DNA of 64,000 nucleotides from Butyricicoccaceae bacterium. GTDB lineage: Bacteria; Bacillota; Clostridia; Lachnospirales; Lachnospiraceae. This document shows positions 49,717 through 60,650 of this stretch, piece after piece; position 1 is the stretch's first letter; each line of letters begins with the position of its first letter. The translations under genes and the position numbers were made by a program. The DNA is taken from NCBI GenBank assembly GCA_963659815.1, contig CAVKUW010000115.1:22193-86192 (forward strand), in the 5' to 3' direction. The notes beneath the pieces were generated by a model, which was not told where the DNA came from, searched no databases, and saw only the letters and a list, made by a program, of their open reading frames with translations.

Positions 49717-51531
49717 ATGTGTGGAATTATTGGTTTTACGGGGAATGAACCAGCGAAGGATATTATCATCGGCGGCTTGGAACGGTTGGAGTACCGGGGA
49801 TATGACAGCGCAGGATTAGCACTTTTGTCGAACGACCAGATTCAGGTGCGCAAGCGTACCGGAAAGGTAGAGGAGTTACGGAAGCTCTGCGAGGCAGAGA
49901 AAATGCCTGCTACCTGTGGAATCGGTCATACAAGATGGGCGACCCACGGTGGGGTAACGGACGTGAATGCACATCCACATCGTGTTGGAAAGGTCGTATT
50001 GATCCACAATGGTATTATCGAGAATTACCGTCAGATCGTGACAGAGTACGGACTTGCAGACCAGCTCGTATCAGAGACAGATTCGGAGGTTGTTGCGGCA
50101 CTTCTGAACAAGTTCTACGAGGGAGATCCGGTCAAGGCAATCAAGAAGACAGTGAAGGTGCTGTCCGGTGCATTTGCACTTTGCATTATGTTCCAGGATA
50201 TCCCGGATACAATCTATGCGATCCGGAACGTCAGCCCGATGGTAGCAACGTCCTGTGAGAGAGGTTCAGTGATTGCGTCTGATCTCACGGCACTGATTGA
50301 GTTCTCGAAGGAGTATTTTGTAGTGCCGGAATATCATATTCTGACACTCAAGAAGGACGGCATCGAGATTCAGGATCTGAAGGGAAACAAAGTGACGACA
50401 CAGATGCTGACCGTGAACTGGGATATCACAAGCGCACAGAAGGGTGGTTATCCATTCTTCATGCTCAAAGAGATCTATGAGCAGCCGGATGCGATTCGTA
50501 ACACAATCGCACCACGTATCAATCAGGAGCTTCCGGATTTCACAGAGGATGGCATTGATGACGAGATATTTAAGAACTGCAAGCGTATTTCCATCGTAGC
50601 CTGTGGTACAGCGATGCATGCAGGTATGGTTGGAAAGCACCTGATCGAGAAGAAGCTCCGGATTCCGGTACATGTAGATTGTGCATCCGAGTTCCGGTAT
50701 AAAGATCCGATCATCGACGAGGAGACATTGACGATCGTACTGTCCCAGTCAGGTGAGACAATCGATACATTAGAGGCGTTGAAGCTTGCGAAAAACCGCG
50801 GTTCCAAGGTGCTTTCTATCGTCAATGTAAAGGGAAGCACGATCGCAAGAGAGAGCGATTATGTATTATATACACATGCAGGTCCGGAGATCGCAGTTGC
50901 ATCGACAAAGGCATACACCGTACAGGTGGCAGCAATGTATCTGATCGCATGCCGGATCGGACTGGTGAAGGGACTCATCACCGAGCATGATGCAAAGCGC
51001 TTCATGACAAAGCTTACAAATGCGTCGAATATTGTCGAGGAGACTTTGAAGTGTGCAGATGAGATTAAGCGTGTGGCAGATCATATCAAGTTTGCAACAG
51101 ACACCTTCTATATCGGAAGAGGTCTGGACTACACGATGAGCTTGGAGGCAGCACTGAAGTTAAAGGAGATTTCCTATGTGCATGCAGAAGCATATGCCGC
51201 AGGTGAGCTGAAGCATGGAACAATCGCACTGATCTCGGAGAATGTACCGGTTATCGCACTGGCAACCCAGGAGGATGTCTATGCGAAGGTTATCTCGAAT
51301 ATCCGGGAGGTAAAGGCGAGAGGTGCGTATGTCGTGCTTGTCAGCATGGACGAGGAAGTGAATGATCCAAGCATCTGTGACCAGCATATCCGTCTTCCAA
51401 AGATGGATAGCGAATTTACATCCTTTGCAACGGCAGTTGTATTGCAGTTGGTTGCATATTATACGTCAGAGGCAAAGGGATTGGATGTGGATAAGCCGAG
51501 AAATCTGGCGAAATCCGTAACCGTAGAATAA
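49717..51531 (+). CDS. glmS: Glutamine-fructose-6-phosphate transaminase
   Basis: MCGIIG, GHTRWATHG, SQSGET, PRNLAKSVTVE. Confidence 0.98.
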   Translation: MCGIIGFTGNEPAKDIIIGGLERLEYRGYDSAGLALLSNDQIQVRKRTGKVEELRKLCEAEKMPATCGIGHTRWATHGGVTDVNAHPHRVGKVVLIHNGIIENYRQIVTEYGLADQLVSETDSEVVAALLNKFYEGDPVKAIKKTVKVLSGAFALCIMFQDIPDTIYAIRNVSPMVATSCERGSVIASDLTALIEFSKEYFVVPEYHILTLKKDGIEIQDLKGNKVTTQMLTVNWDITSAQKGGYPFFMLKEIYEQPDAIRNTIAPRINQELPDFTEDGIDDEIFKNCKRISIVACGTAMHAGMVGKHLIEKKLRIPVHVDCASEFRYKDPIIDEETLTIVLSQSGETIDTLEALKLAKNRGSKVLSIVNVKGSTIARESDYVLYTHAGPEIAVASTKAYTVQVAAMYLIACRIGLVKGLITEHDAKRFMTKLTNASNIVEETLKCADEIKRVADHIKFATDTFYIGRGLDYTMSLEAALKLKEISYVHAEAYAAGELKHGTIALISENVPVIALATQEDVYAKVISNIREVKARGAYVVLVSMDEEVNDPSICDQHIRLPKMDSEFTSFATAVVLQLVAYYTSEAKGLDVDKPRNLAKSVTVE

Positions 51532-51547
51532 AATTAAGATAGGATAT

Positions 51548-51578
51548 GAGCTGTCAGGAAACTCTGGCAGCTCCTTTA
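51548..51578 (+). terminator. Terminator after glmS
   Basis: GAGCTGTCAG-GAAACT-CTGGCAGCTC-CTTT. Confidence 0.65.
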
Positions 51579-51583
51579 TAGTT

Positions 51584-52921
51584 ATGAAAGATTTAACAAA
51601 AGGCTACCCGGCGAAGGTGATTATCCTGTTCGCCATACCAATGATATTTGGCAGCATATTTCAACAGTTATATAATATAGCAGACAGCAAGATCGTGAGT
51701 ACATTTGTAGGCACGGAGGCATTTGCGGCAGTTGGTGCGACAAGTGTTGTATCGAATACGTTAATCGGATTTTTAAATTCCCTGACACTTGGATTTGCAA
51801 TTCCGATCGCGAACAGCTTCGGCGGAAAGGATTTTAAGCGCATGCGCCGCATGGTGGCAGGTACGGTGCTGTTGACACTGGCAGGGGCAGTTGTGCTGAC
51901 TGTATTGATCCTGCTTTTAATCCCGGCAATCCTGCGGCTGCTTTCGACACCGGAGGATATTATGAGTCTGGCACTTGCATATGTGCGTATCATCTTATAC
52001 GGCATTATTTTCGTGTCTGTCTATAACATGTGCGCAAATGTACTGCGGGCAGTCGGTGACAGCCGGACACCGCTTTATTGTCTGATTATCTCCGTGTTCG
52101 CAAATATCGGACTGGATCTGTTATTTGTGAATGGATTCCACATGGGGATTCAGGGTGCTGCGTGGGCGACGATCATCTCACAGGCACTTTCGGCAGTGCT
52201 TTGCCTCGGTTATATCCTGCTCAAATTCCGGGATATCATACCGGAGAAGGAGGAGTGGAAGCCGGTCGAAGGACAATATCGCGAGCTTCTCTCGACGGGA
52301 CTTGCGATGGGATTCATGTCGCTTGTCGTGAACTTCGGAACCATCGTGCTGCAGAGTGCCATCAACGGACTTGGAACGGCAATCGTTGCAGCGCACACGG
52401 CGGCAAGAAAGGTGTTCGATATCCTAACGGTATCGCTTTACTGCCTTGGAAATGCAATGACAACGTATGTCAGTCAGAATATGGGAGCCGGGGAACCGGC
52501 ACGAATCCGGCGGGGTATCCGCCATGCCATGGTGATGGCAACGGAGATTACAACGGTGCTTGTGATTATCTGCTTTACATTTGGTAGGGCGGTGTTTACA
52601 TGGCTTGCGTCAACCGATGATGCAACCATCGTCGATTCGGCGGTGATGTATTCGAGAATCAGTATCGTGTTTTTCTATGTGCTCGGACCACTTTTCATCC
52701 TGCGGTGTAGTCTGCAGGGGATGGGACGGAAGGTAATTCCGGTTTGCTCGAGCGTGGTGGAGATGGCAATCAAGGTGCTTTCTGCGACGATTCTGGTGCC
52801 GCGGCTTGCTTATTTTGGTGTGGCACTCACGGAGCCAATCAGCTGGGTATGCATGACAATTCTGCTGACGGTAGCGTATTTTGCGAAGCCGCCGGAACAG
52901 ATGTTGCGAAAATCCGCTTGA
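51584..52921 (+). CDS. MATE-family efflux transporter
   Basis: QQLYNIAD, RAVGDSRTP, NIGLD, GAAWAT, SQNMGA. Confidence 0.93.
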   Translation: MKDLTKGYPAKVIILFAIPMIFGSIFQQLYNIADSKIVSTFVGTEAFAAVGATSVVSNTLIGFLNSLTLGFAIPIANSFGGKDFKRMRRMVAGTVLLTLAGAVVLTVLILLLIPAILRLLSTPEDIMSLALAYVRIILYGIIFVSVYNMCANVLRAVGDSRTPLYCLIISVFANIGLDLLFVNGFHMGIQGAAWATIISQALSAVLCLGYILLKFRDIIPEKEEWKPVEGQYRELLSTGLAMGFMSLVVNFGTIVLQSAINGLGTAIVAAHTAARKVFDILTVSLYCLGNAMTTYVSQNMGAGEPARIRRGIRHAMVMATEITTVLVIICFTFGRAVFTWLASTDDATIVDSAVMYSRISIVFFYVLGPLFILRCSLQGMGRKVIPVCSSVVEMAIKVLSATILVPRLAYFGVALTEPISWVCMTILLTVAYFAKPPEQMLRKSA

Positions 52922-52960
52922 AATGGTATAATTCTTAAGATTATAATTTCGTCAAAGAAG

Positions 52961-53188
52961 GTGAAACAGATGTCGAGACTGAAGACTCCGAAAAAACCGA
53001 AGAAAGCAAAGCCTGCAAAGCCGATTTTCAGGGAATCAGTGAAGCGCATGTCACGCAAAGAGCGCAAGCTTGCAGAAAAACGAAGGAAACAGATGAGTAA
53101 GCATATTGACCGCACCATGGGATTTGTTGCAATCGTGTTGTGCGCCGTTTCAGCTATCTTGGACGTAAAAAACAACAAAGATTCCTAA
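52961..53188 (+). CDS. Small basic protein with C-terminal hydrophobic helix
   Basis: K/R-rich ORF downstream of TGGTATAAT; start may be 52970. Confidence 0.55.
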   Translation: MKQMSRLKTPKKPKKAKPAKPIFRESVKRMSRKERKLAEKRRKQMSKHIDRTMGFVAIVLCAVSAILDVKNNKDS

Positions 53189-53225
53189 CAAGAGGATAGA
53201 AAGAGGAAAGGAAGAGAACAGAATA

Positions 53226-54143
53226 ATGAAGAATTTTGAAGGTTTACTTGAGCAGATCAAATCATGCAGCAAGAAGAAACTTGCCGTTGCCGTTGCACAG
53301 GATGATGCAGTTCTTGAGGCAGTAAAGGCAGCCAGGGATCAGGATATCGCAGATGCGATTCTGGTTGGTGATGCAGACAAGATCAGGGAGATTGCTGCAA
53401 GCATGGATATGAGCTTAGAGGGATTTGAGATTATTGATGTGAAGGATCCGACAGAAGCAGCGCTGACTGCAGTGAAGCTCGTGCATGACGGTGAGGCGGA
53501 TATGTACATGAAGGGTCTCATTGATACAAAGGGATTCTTAAAGAGTGTACTTAATAAGGAGGTTGGTCTTAGAACCGGCAAGGCTCTGTCACATGTATGT
53601 TTGTTTGAGATCGAGGGCTTCGAGAAGATGTTCTTCCTGACTGACGTTGCATTTATTCCATATCCGACATTGGAAGACAAGGTTGATATCATCAGCAATA
53701 CTGTAGAGGTTGCACATGCATGTGGTATCGAGTGTCCAAAGGTAGCTCCGCTTGCTGCTGTTGAGGTCGTAAATCCTAAGATGCCGGTCACAGTTGACGC
53801 AGCTGAGCTTACAAAGATGAATGAAGAGGGTAAGATTACAGGATGTATCGTTGATGGACCTCTTTCCATGGATCTTGCGATTGATCCGGAAGCAGCAAAG
53901 CATAAGGGAGCAACAAACCGTAAGATTGTCGGTGATGCGGACATCTTACTGTTCCCTGATATTCATGCCGGAAATATCACATACAAGACATTGGTTCATA
54001 CAGCTAAGGTTAAGAACGGCTGTATCTTAACAGGTACACAGGCACCGGTCATCCTGACATCCCGTTCCGATACATTTGAAACAAAGGTGAATTCCATTGC
54101 CCTTGCAGCCATCGTAGCTGAGAATTTAAAGAAAAACAAATAA
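53226..54143 (+). CDS. ptb: Phosphate butyryltransferase
   Basis: [23 protein letters not shown]; upstream of buk. Confidence 0.93.
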   Translation: MKNFEGLLEQIKSCSKKKLAVAVAQDDAVLEAVKAARDQDIADAILVGDADKIREIAASMDMSLEGFEIIDVKDPTEAALTAVKLVHDGEADMYMKGLIDTKGFLKSVLNKEVGLRTGKALSHVCLFEIEGFEKMFFLTDVAFIPYPTLEDKVDIISNTVEVAHACGIECPKVAPLAAVEVVNPKMPVTVDAAELTKMNEEGKITGCIVDGPLSMDLAIDPEAAKHKGATNRKIVGDADILLFPDIHAGNITYKTLVHTAKVKNGCILTGTQAPVILTSRSDTFETKVNSIALAAIVAENLKKNK

Positions 54144-54163
54144 ATAAACAGGAGGATAATAAA

Positions 54164-55231
54164 ATGAGCTATAAGTCATTGATCATCAATCCGGGCTCTA
54201 CGTCTACAAAGATTGGTGTATTTGAAGATGAGACATTGTTGTTCGAGGAGACACTGCGTCACTCGACAGAGGAGATTGCACAGTTTGACTCGATCGTTGC
54301 ACAGAAGGATTTCCGTAAGGATGTTATCGCAAAGGTTTTAGCAGAGAACAATTTTGATATCAAGGCACTTGACGTTGTTGTCGGCCGTGGTGGTCTGCTG
54401 AAGCCAATCCCAGGTGGTACATACACAGTTACAGATGAGCTGGTAAAGGATCTGGTAGAGGCAAAGCGTGGTGAGCATGCATCAAACCTCGGTGGTATTC
54501 TGGCAAAGGATTTTGCAGACGAGCTTGGAATCCCTGCTTATATTGTAGATCCAGTGGTTGTTGATGAGTTACAGGATGTCGCGAGACTTTCCGGACACCC
54601 GGAGCTTCCTAGAACAAGTATCTTCCATGCATTGAATCAGAAGGCAGTTGCAAAGCGTTATGCAAAGGAAACCGGTAAGAAGTACGAGGACTTAAACCTC
54701 ATCGTTGCTCATATGGGTGGCGGTGTTTCTGTTGGTGCTCATACAGGCGGTAAGGTTGTCGATGTATTCAACGCTTTGAATGGCGATGGTGCATTCTCAC
54801 CGGAGCGTGCCGGTGGTGTTCCAAACGGCGAGTTGGTTCGCCTGTGCTACTCAGGAAAATATACAGAGAAGGAAATGATCAAGCAGCTTGTTGGTAAGGC
54901 AGGCTTTAACGCATACTGTGGCTCGAATGATGCAAGAGATATCGAGGCTATGGCAAAGAATGGTGACAAACATGCACAGCTTGTATTCGATGCATTCTTG
55001 TATCAGGTATCCAAGGATATCGGGGCACAGGCTGCCGTTCTTTCTGGAAAGGTTGATCAGATTATCCTGACAGGTGGTATTGCATATGGTAAATATGCAA
55101 CAGAAGAGATTACAAAGAGAGTACAATTTATTGCACCTGTTACGGTATATGGTGGCGAGGATGAGCTTCTTGCTCTGGCACAGGGCGCGCTTCGTGTATT
55201 AAATGGCGAGGAAGAAGCAAAGGTTTACTAA
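54164..55231 (+). CDS. buk: Butyrate kinase
   Basis: [30 protein letters not shown]. Confidence 0.96.
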   Translation: MSYKSLIINPGSTSTKIGVFEDETLLFEETLRHSTEEIAQFDSIVAQKDFRKDVIAKVLAENNFDIKALDVVVGRGGLLKPIPGGTYTVTDELVKDLVEAKRGEHASNLGGILAKDFADELGIPAYIVDPVVVDELQDVARLSGHPELPRTSIFHALNQKAVAKRYAKETGKKYEDLNLIVAHMGGGVSVGAHTGGKVVDVFNALNGDGAFSPERAGGVPNGELVRLCYSGKYTEKEMIKQLVGKAGFNAYCGSNDARDIEAMAKNGDKHAQLVFDAFLYQVSKDIGAQAAVLSGKVDQIILTGGIAYGKYATEEITKRVQFIAPVTVYGGEDELLALAQGALRVLNGEEEAKVY

Positions 55232-55257
55232 TCAAACAAGGAAAGCGGGGAGTATCT

Positions 55258-56604
55258 ATGGATAATAACAAGGATTTTGCATCGTTTTCCAATGCTCAGC
55301 CGGATTATTCCAATTCGGTTCAGCAGACGAGTGACCAGGCGGTATATGAGGCTTATAATCAGGTTCAGCAAAGTCAGGCATATGGACAGGATGCAGGACA
55401 GCTGCAGCAGGGTCAGGCGTACGGTCAGGATGCAGGACAGCCATACCAGCAGTCATATAGTCAGCAGTATCAACAGCCATATGCGGGACAGTCATACCAG
55501 CAGTCATATGGTCAGCAGTATCAACAGCCGTATGCGGGACAGCCATACCAGCAGTCATATAGTCAGCAGTATCAACAGCCGTATGCGGGACAGCCATATC
55601 AGCAGTCATATGGTCAGCAGTATCAACAGCCGTATGCGGGACAGCCATACCAGCAGTCATATAGTCAGCAGTATCAACAGCCGTATGCGGGACAGCCATA
55701 TCAGCAGTCATATGGTCAGCAGTATCAACAGCCGTATGCGGGACAGCCATACCAGCAGTCATATAGTCAGCAGTATCAACAGCCGTATGCGGGACAGCCA
55801 TATCAGCAGTCATATGGTCAGCAGTATCAACAGCCGTATGCGGGACAGCCATACCAGCAGTCATATGGCCAGCAGTATCAACAGCCATATGCGGGACAGC
55901 CACGCACAGGGAAAAATGTCGCTGACAGTATTAAGAATGTGAAAAATCAGTTTACGGGAAATGTAAAAAAGATGGGCATTAACATGTTTTGCCTTCTGGG
56001 AATCATTGGTGCAATGCTTTTGATTATGGTTCCGTTTATGAACTTTGCATCCATTCATGTGAATGAAAGGATTTCAGAGGATGGAATCAGCATGAAGGTA
56101 AAAGCTGCGGATGGTTTAACCCTGTATGAGCTGTCGAAGCTCAGCAATACGATTGATCGTGGAGTAGATGAAGCATCCAGTCAGATGGGGAGTCTTTTAT
56201 TTGGCTATAGCTATGGTGCTAATATTTCTACAAGCTCTCTTGCTGACATGCTTGATGCTGTAGAGAGTAGTGCATTGAGGGAATTGCAGGATGAGCTTGG
56301 AACAACCATTAAGAAGAGTAGTGCGAATGAAGTGTTCGGAACGATGCACCTCCTTTTAAAGGGGAAGGCCGCCTTGATGATTACACCGTGGCTGATTTTA
56401 TTGTCGGGAATTGCACTGTTGATATTCAGTGTTGTAAACATGAAGTTGCCAAAGCTCGTATGTGCAGGTGTTTCACTTGTATGCCTGATCTGGCTTATGA
56501 TCTGTTCCTCCCATTTCTTCTCGATTATTGGTATTGGAGCAGTTGCGTTGATAGTGGGAATTATGTTGGCGGTAGTCAGTGCTTTTTTGGATAAAACAGC
56601 ATAA
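55258..56604 (+). CDS. Membrane protein with N-terminal Q/Y/P-rich tandem repeat
   Basis: Low-complexity N-terminal half, about 4 TM helices in the C-terminal half. Confidence 0.8.
   Translation: MDNNKDFASFSNAQPDYSNSVQQTSDQAVYEAYNQVQQSQAYGQDAGQLQQGQAYGQDAGQPYQQSYSQQYQQPYAGQSYQQSYGQQYQQPYAGQPYQQSYSQQYQQPYAGQPYQQSYGQQYQQPYAGQPYQQSYSQQYQQPYAGQPYQQSYGQQYQQPYAGQPYQQSYSQQYQQPYAGQPYQQSYGQQYQQPYAGQPYQQSYGQQYQQPYAGQPRTGKNVADSIKNVKNQFTGNVKKMGINMFCLLGIIGAMLLIMVPFMNFASIHVNERISEDGISMKVKAADGLTLYELSKLSNTIDRGVDEASSQMGSLLFGYSYGANISTSSLADMLDAVESSALRELQDELGTTIKKSSANEVFGTMHLLLKGKAALMITPWLILLSGIALLIFSVVNMKLPKLVCAGVSLVCLIWLMICSSHFFSIIGIGAVALIVGIMLAVVSAFLDKTA
55435..55893 (+). repeat. Coding tandem repeat, 9 x 51 bp (GQPYQQSY[S/G]QQYQQPYA)
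   Basis: 459 bp = 9 units, mostly alternating S/G variants. Confidence 0.95.
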
Positions 56605-56616
56605 GGGGAGGAATTT

Positions 56617-58860
56617 ATGGATAACAATAATGGACAGAAATCGGTACAGCCGGATATGACAGGTATATACGGACAACAGCCGGTACAGCCACAGGCAGGC
56701 GGAGGGAAAACAAAGAAGCTGAAAAAGCCGATGACAAGGGGGAAGCTTGCAGCACTCATTGGTGGTGGGGCAGCTATCGTGGCACTTGTTGTATGCGGAG
56801 TTATCTTTCTTCCGGGTCTCTTTAAATCAGATAAAGAGGTTGTACTGGGTGCAATCGAAGAAACATTTTCCTCATATAGCCAGAATGAGATAGATGATAT
56901 ACTCGGCAGGGATGCTCTGGCAGATGCATATCAGGAAAAAGGGGGAAATACCTCGTTTGATATTTCTGTAAATGCAGGAAATGATGATGCGTGTCTGATT
57001 GGATGGAACCAGAAGGATGCCGTTGACCGGAAGGAGAACAAGCTTTCCGCAGAGGGTGCAATTACGATTGGCGGCGAGGATTGCGTTTCTTATCAGGTAT
57101 TTCAGGATAAAGATACTGTAAGCATCGGTATTCCGGAACTGATTGCCGGATATCTGTCATTTCCGGTCGATGATCCGATAGGAGCAATTGTTAATTCTCC
57201 AGCAGGACAGTCTCTTGGTCTGGATGCGTCTGCGCTTACAGGATATAGCACAAATATGTTTGCGACCGGCACAGAGGGAGGAGCGGCACTCACCGGTGGG
57301 TATGTGGATGCACTAGAGACAATCTGGGATACTGCAGAATTTAAAAAACAGGGAAGAGCCAGGATTACCGTCAACGATGAGACGGTAACAGCCCAGGAGT
57401 ATTATGTGACATGGTCAAAGGAAGATCTGCAGGATGCGTGTGTATCAGTGATTGACGGTATGAGTGAAATGATAACGAGCTCAGAGGATACTCTTGATCA
57501 GATGGGCATGAGCGCAGATGATTATGAGTATTACATGGAGCAGGTAAAGACTATGATACCAAGTCTGATTAAGGATGATCTGCGTGTCAAGGTTTATGTT
57601 AAGGGCAAGAGAGCGGTTAAGATTACATGCAAGGATAAGATCAATATTATGAATCTTGTAAAGCTTGAATATGATTTCTGGCTTGATGCGGGTAAAGATG
57701 ATTTGTCCGGGAACTTAAGCTTTGATTTGTCCGGAACTTCTGCCGGTGTGAAATTTGAGACACACGATATCAGTGGGAATACATATGGAAGTGTGACTGT
57801 ATTTGCCGGAGATACGGAAATCGGACTCGATTTCACAAAGGATGTTGTAAAATCAGGAGATACGGTTACCACAACCGTGAAGCTTTCTGCTTCCTCGTAC
57901 CTGTCAGTTGACTGGAAGAAAACATTTAACAGAGCGGACAATACATTTGAGAATACCATTAATGCAAATATCATAGGCGCAGATACATATGTATTTAATT
58001 ATAAGGGTGCTTACAAAGACATCAATAAGGGAGCTGCCTATACAATGGCAATCGATTCGTTCGAGTTCAAGGTAGCCAACCAGACACTTTGTAACGGAAG
58101 CATTAACACAACGATTGATACATCGAACATTTCTTTGCAGCAGCTGGATACAAGCAAAAAGGTGTATGATATTGCTACTGCTACAGAGGATGATCTGCAG
58201 ACATTGGGCGAAGAAAGTCAGAAGCTTATGGAAGCATGGGTTGAGCGGCTGGCAGACAATGCTCAGTTTGTGAATCTGATCAATATGATTAATGATCTGT
58301 TTGGAACGAATTCGGATCTGCTTGATCAGGTGGAAGAGGATATAGAAGAGCCGGTGGCAACCGATGGAGACGCAGGGTATGGGAATGGTCTGGATGATAT
58401 GACTCTGGAAAATGCATATTTACAGACTTTTGATGATGCGTATAAATATAAGGTTAAGGGCTGTATTGATGGTTTTACATTTAGCTTTGCAAGTCCTGAA
58501 GACTATTATGTGAATTTTGCATCGAACAATGTGTCAACCATTCAGTATGGAATTGAGACAGCTCCTTCTTTGGATGGTGCATTAGAAGAGGCATATTTGG
58601 ATATATCTTCCATTGACAGTTATGAGGTTCAGGATACACAGTTGAACCAGACGGCAACTGTGGATGGAAAAGACGTTTTGTATAATGTACAGACATATAG
58701 AGCATTCTCTATGGATATAACAGATGTTACCGCTGTGGTTGAAGTAGAAGATGGTGTCTATATTTATATACAGGCAAGCATTTACAAGGATTACGATTCC
58801 TTCACAATCGAAGAGGTATTGCAGGCATTGTCATCCCAGTACTATGAGAAGATGAACTAA
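56617..58860 (+). CDS. Large acidic membrane-anchored extracellular protein
   Basis: Basic patch plus one TM helix near aa 45-68, long beta-rich acidic remainder. Confidence 0.75.
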   Translation: MDNNNGQKSVQPDMTGIYGQQPVQPQAGGGKTKKLKKPMTRGKLAALIGGGAAIVALVVCGVIFLPGLFKSDKEVVLGAIEETFSSYSQNEIDDILGRDALADAYQEKGGNTSFDISVNAGNDDACLIGWNQKDAVDRKENKLSAEGAITIGGEDCVSYQVFQDKDTVSIGIPELIAGYLSFPVDDPIGAIVNSPAGQSLGLDASALTGYSTNMFATGTEGGAALTGGYVDALETIWDTAEFKKQGRARITVNDETVTAQEYYVTWSKEDLQDACVSVIDGMSEMITSSEDTLDQMGMSADDYEYYMEQVKTMIPSLIKDDLRVKVYVKGKRAVKITCKDKINIMNLVKLEYDFWLDAGKDDLSGNLSFDLSGTSAGVKFETHDISGNTYGSVTVFAGDTEIGLDFTKDVVKSGDTVTTTVKLSASSYLSVDWKKTFNRADNTFENTINANIIGADTYVFNYKGAYKDINKGAAYTMAIDSFEFKVANQTLCNGSINTTIDTSNISLQQLDTSKKVYDIATATEDDLQTLGEESQKLMEAWVERLADNAQFVNLINMINDLFGTNSDLLDQVEEDIEEPVATDGDAGYGNGLDDMTLENAYLQTFDDAYKYKVKGCIDGFTFSFASPEDYYVNFASNNVSTIQYGIETAPSLDGALEEAYLDISSIDSYEVQDTQLNQTATVDGKDVLYNVQTYRAFSMDITDVTAVVEVEDGVYIYIQASIYKDYDSFTIEEVLQALSSQYYEKMN

Positions 58861-58878
58861 TAAAATAGAGGAAAAACT

Positions 58879-59661
58879 ATGATTCGTTATTGTAAGATAA
58901 AGCAATGCATCATCGGGTTTGATCGACCGAAGATTTGTGTACCGCTGGTCGGACGGACAGCGGATGAAATCATAGCGCAGGCGAATCAGATAAAACAGTC
59001 ACAGAGAAGCTCTGCCATTGATATGGTGGAGCTTCGTGGCGATTATCTGGATATTTTCCCGGACTATGAACAATTGGACAGGCTACTTGCAAAGGTAGCA
59101 GAGATTCTGCAGGAGAAAGTGTTGCTGTTCACAATCCGGAGTGAGGCGGAGGGTGGCGAGAAGCTTGCCTTTACCACGCCGACGATCTACGAGATTAACA
59201 GGCATGTGATTGAAAAAGCAACGGCAGATATGGTGGATATCGAGTTGTTCTCCGGGGCAGAGCAGGCAGAGGAACTGATCGGGATCGCAAAGGAAAAAGG
59301 GGTAAAGATTATCATGTCGAACCATGATTTCCAGACCACACCGGATGCAACGACGATCGTGAACCGGTTGCGCAGTATGCAGGATCTGGGGGCAGATGTT
59401 GCAAAGCTTGCAGTCATGCCGGAAAATAAAATGCATGTGGTAAATCTGCTCGCAGCAACCGCGATGATGCAGGAGGCATATGCAGAGATTCCGGTTGTCA
59501 CCATGTCTATGGGGAAGATGGGGGCAATCAGCCGGATCAGCGGACAGGTATTTGGAAGCGCGATTACATTTGCAAGCTTTGCAGAGGCTTCTGCTCCGGG
59601 GCAGATTCCGGTAGAGAAGATGGACGAGGCACTGACGCTGATAGAAAAATATTGTAACTAG
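58879..59661 (+). CDS. aroD: Type I 3-dehydroquinate dehydratase
   Basis: PKICVP, ELRGD, FTIRSEAEGG, SNHDF, KLAVMP, SAPGQ. Confidence 0.95.
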   Translation: MIRYCKIKQCIIGFDRPKICVPLVGRTADEIIAQANQIKQSQRSSAIDMVELRGDYLDIFPDYEQLDRLLAKVAEILQEKVLLFTIRSEAEGGEKLAFTTPTIYEINRHVIEKATADMVDIELFSGAEQAEELIGIAKEKGVKIIMSNHDFQTTPDATTIVNRLRSMQDLGADVAKLAVMPENKMHVVNLLAATAMMQEAYAEIPVVTMSMGKMGAISRISGQVFGSAITFASFAEASAPGQIPVEKMDEALTLIEKYCN

Positions 59662-59724
59662 AAGAGAAAAAGCAGAAAGACAGGAGGAGGTTTTTTCTGC
59701 TTTTATTTACAAGGGGAGACTATA

Positions 59725-60525
59725 TTGAAGGAGAGAAAGATAGTTTTGTTTGTTTTGGGGGACAAACAGATACTGGACAGAAGTCGGCTGATCATGAACC
59801 GGCTATCGATGGAATATTCCGTAAAAATAGTAAGAAATTATAGTACAGCCTATCGGATTATCGTTGAGCATCAGGTAGATGTTCTGGTGTGTGGACCATC
59901 AGAGGTGCAGCTTCACCGGAATATGGCAGATGCATATCGGTTTATGGAATCTGCACGAAGACTAAAACGATATGAAGAAACGCCGATAATACTGATATCG
60001 GATGTGGAGGATCCAAGCAGCTATTGCAACCAGGAGCTGAGCTGTTATGCTATCATAGACTCGCTGGCGATTGAACACCGGCTGTGTGACACACTCGGAC
60101 TGGCGTTACAGGAGCCACGGCACAGACGCGCACGAGCCTGTCCGCGGCTACAGCAGGATAAGATGGAGGCACGTATGCTGTATATCCAAAATCAGAATGT
60201 GCTATATCCGGTAAAATGTGTAGAGATTAGTCATGTGCAGACATTAAATCGGGGAGTTGAGTTGAGCTTAAACAATGGTGTTAAATATGAGGTACATTAT
60301 ATTACGCTGCAGCAATTCCTGGAGGCTGCAGATGCGTGGTATTTTCGGCAATGCTCGCGAAGTGGGATTATAAATGCAAATTATATACAAAGTATTGATT
60401 ATACAAATCGAGTAATCACAATGCGGAATTCAGAACAGCTGGCAATTGGGTCAACATATGTCAAGGCTTTGCATGAGCAGTTTCCGGCAATTCAGAAGGT
60501 GTGGCTGCGCAAGCGAGAGTGGTAG
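59725..60525 (+). CDS. LytTR regulator with degenerate receiver domain
   Basis: FRQCSRSGIINANYI LytTR motif; TTG start after GGGGAG. Confidence 0.75.
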   Translation: MKERKIVLFVLGDKQILDRSRLIMNRLSMEYSVKIVRNYSTAYRIIVEHQVDVLVCGPSEVQLHRNMADAYRFMESARRLKRYEETPIILISDVEDPSSYCNQELSCYAIIDSLAIEHRLCDTLGLALQEPRHRRARACPRLQQDKMEARMLYIQNQNVLYPVKCVEISHVQTLNRGVELSLNNGVKYEVHYITLQQFLEAADAWYFRQCSRSGIINANYIQSIDYTNRVITMRNSEQLAIGSTYVKALHEQFPAIQKVWLRKREW

Positions 60526-60564
60526 CTTACCTCGGATTAAGGATCATACGGGAAGTATACGGAA

Positions 60565-60611
60565 CACAAAGCACCAGACATATGAAAAAAATCGTTGTCT
60601 GGTGCCTTGTG
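60565..60611. terminator. Hairpin between convergent genes
   Basis: CACAAAGCACCAGACA...TGTCTGGTGCCTTGTG. Confidence 0.55.
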
Positions 60612-60650
60612 ATTCATCAAGCCGATAGGCAGGATGGCATATTAATATAA

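Noticed and set aside
55435..55893. Possible CRISPR array
   Set aside because: Units are contiguous with no unique spacers, in frame within a CDS, and no cas genes are present.
55256..55942. Alternative-frame ORFs (215 aa minus, 221 aa plus) over the tandem repeat
   Set aside because: Open only because the 51-bp unit lacks stops in those frames.
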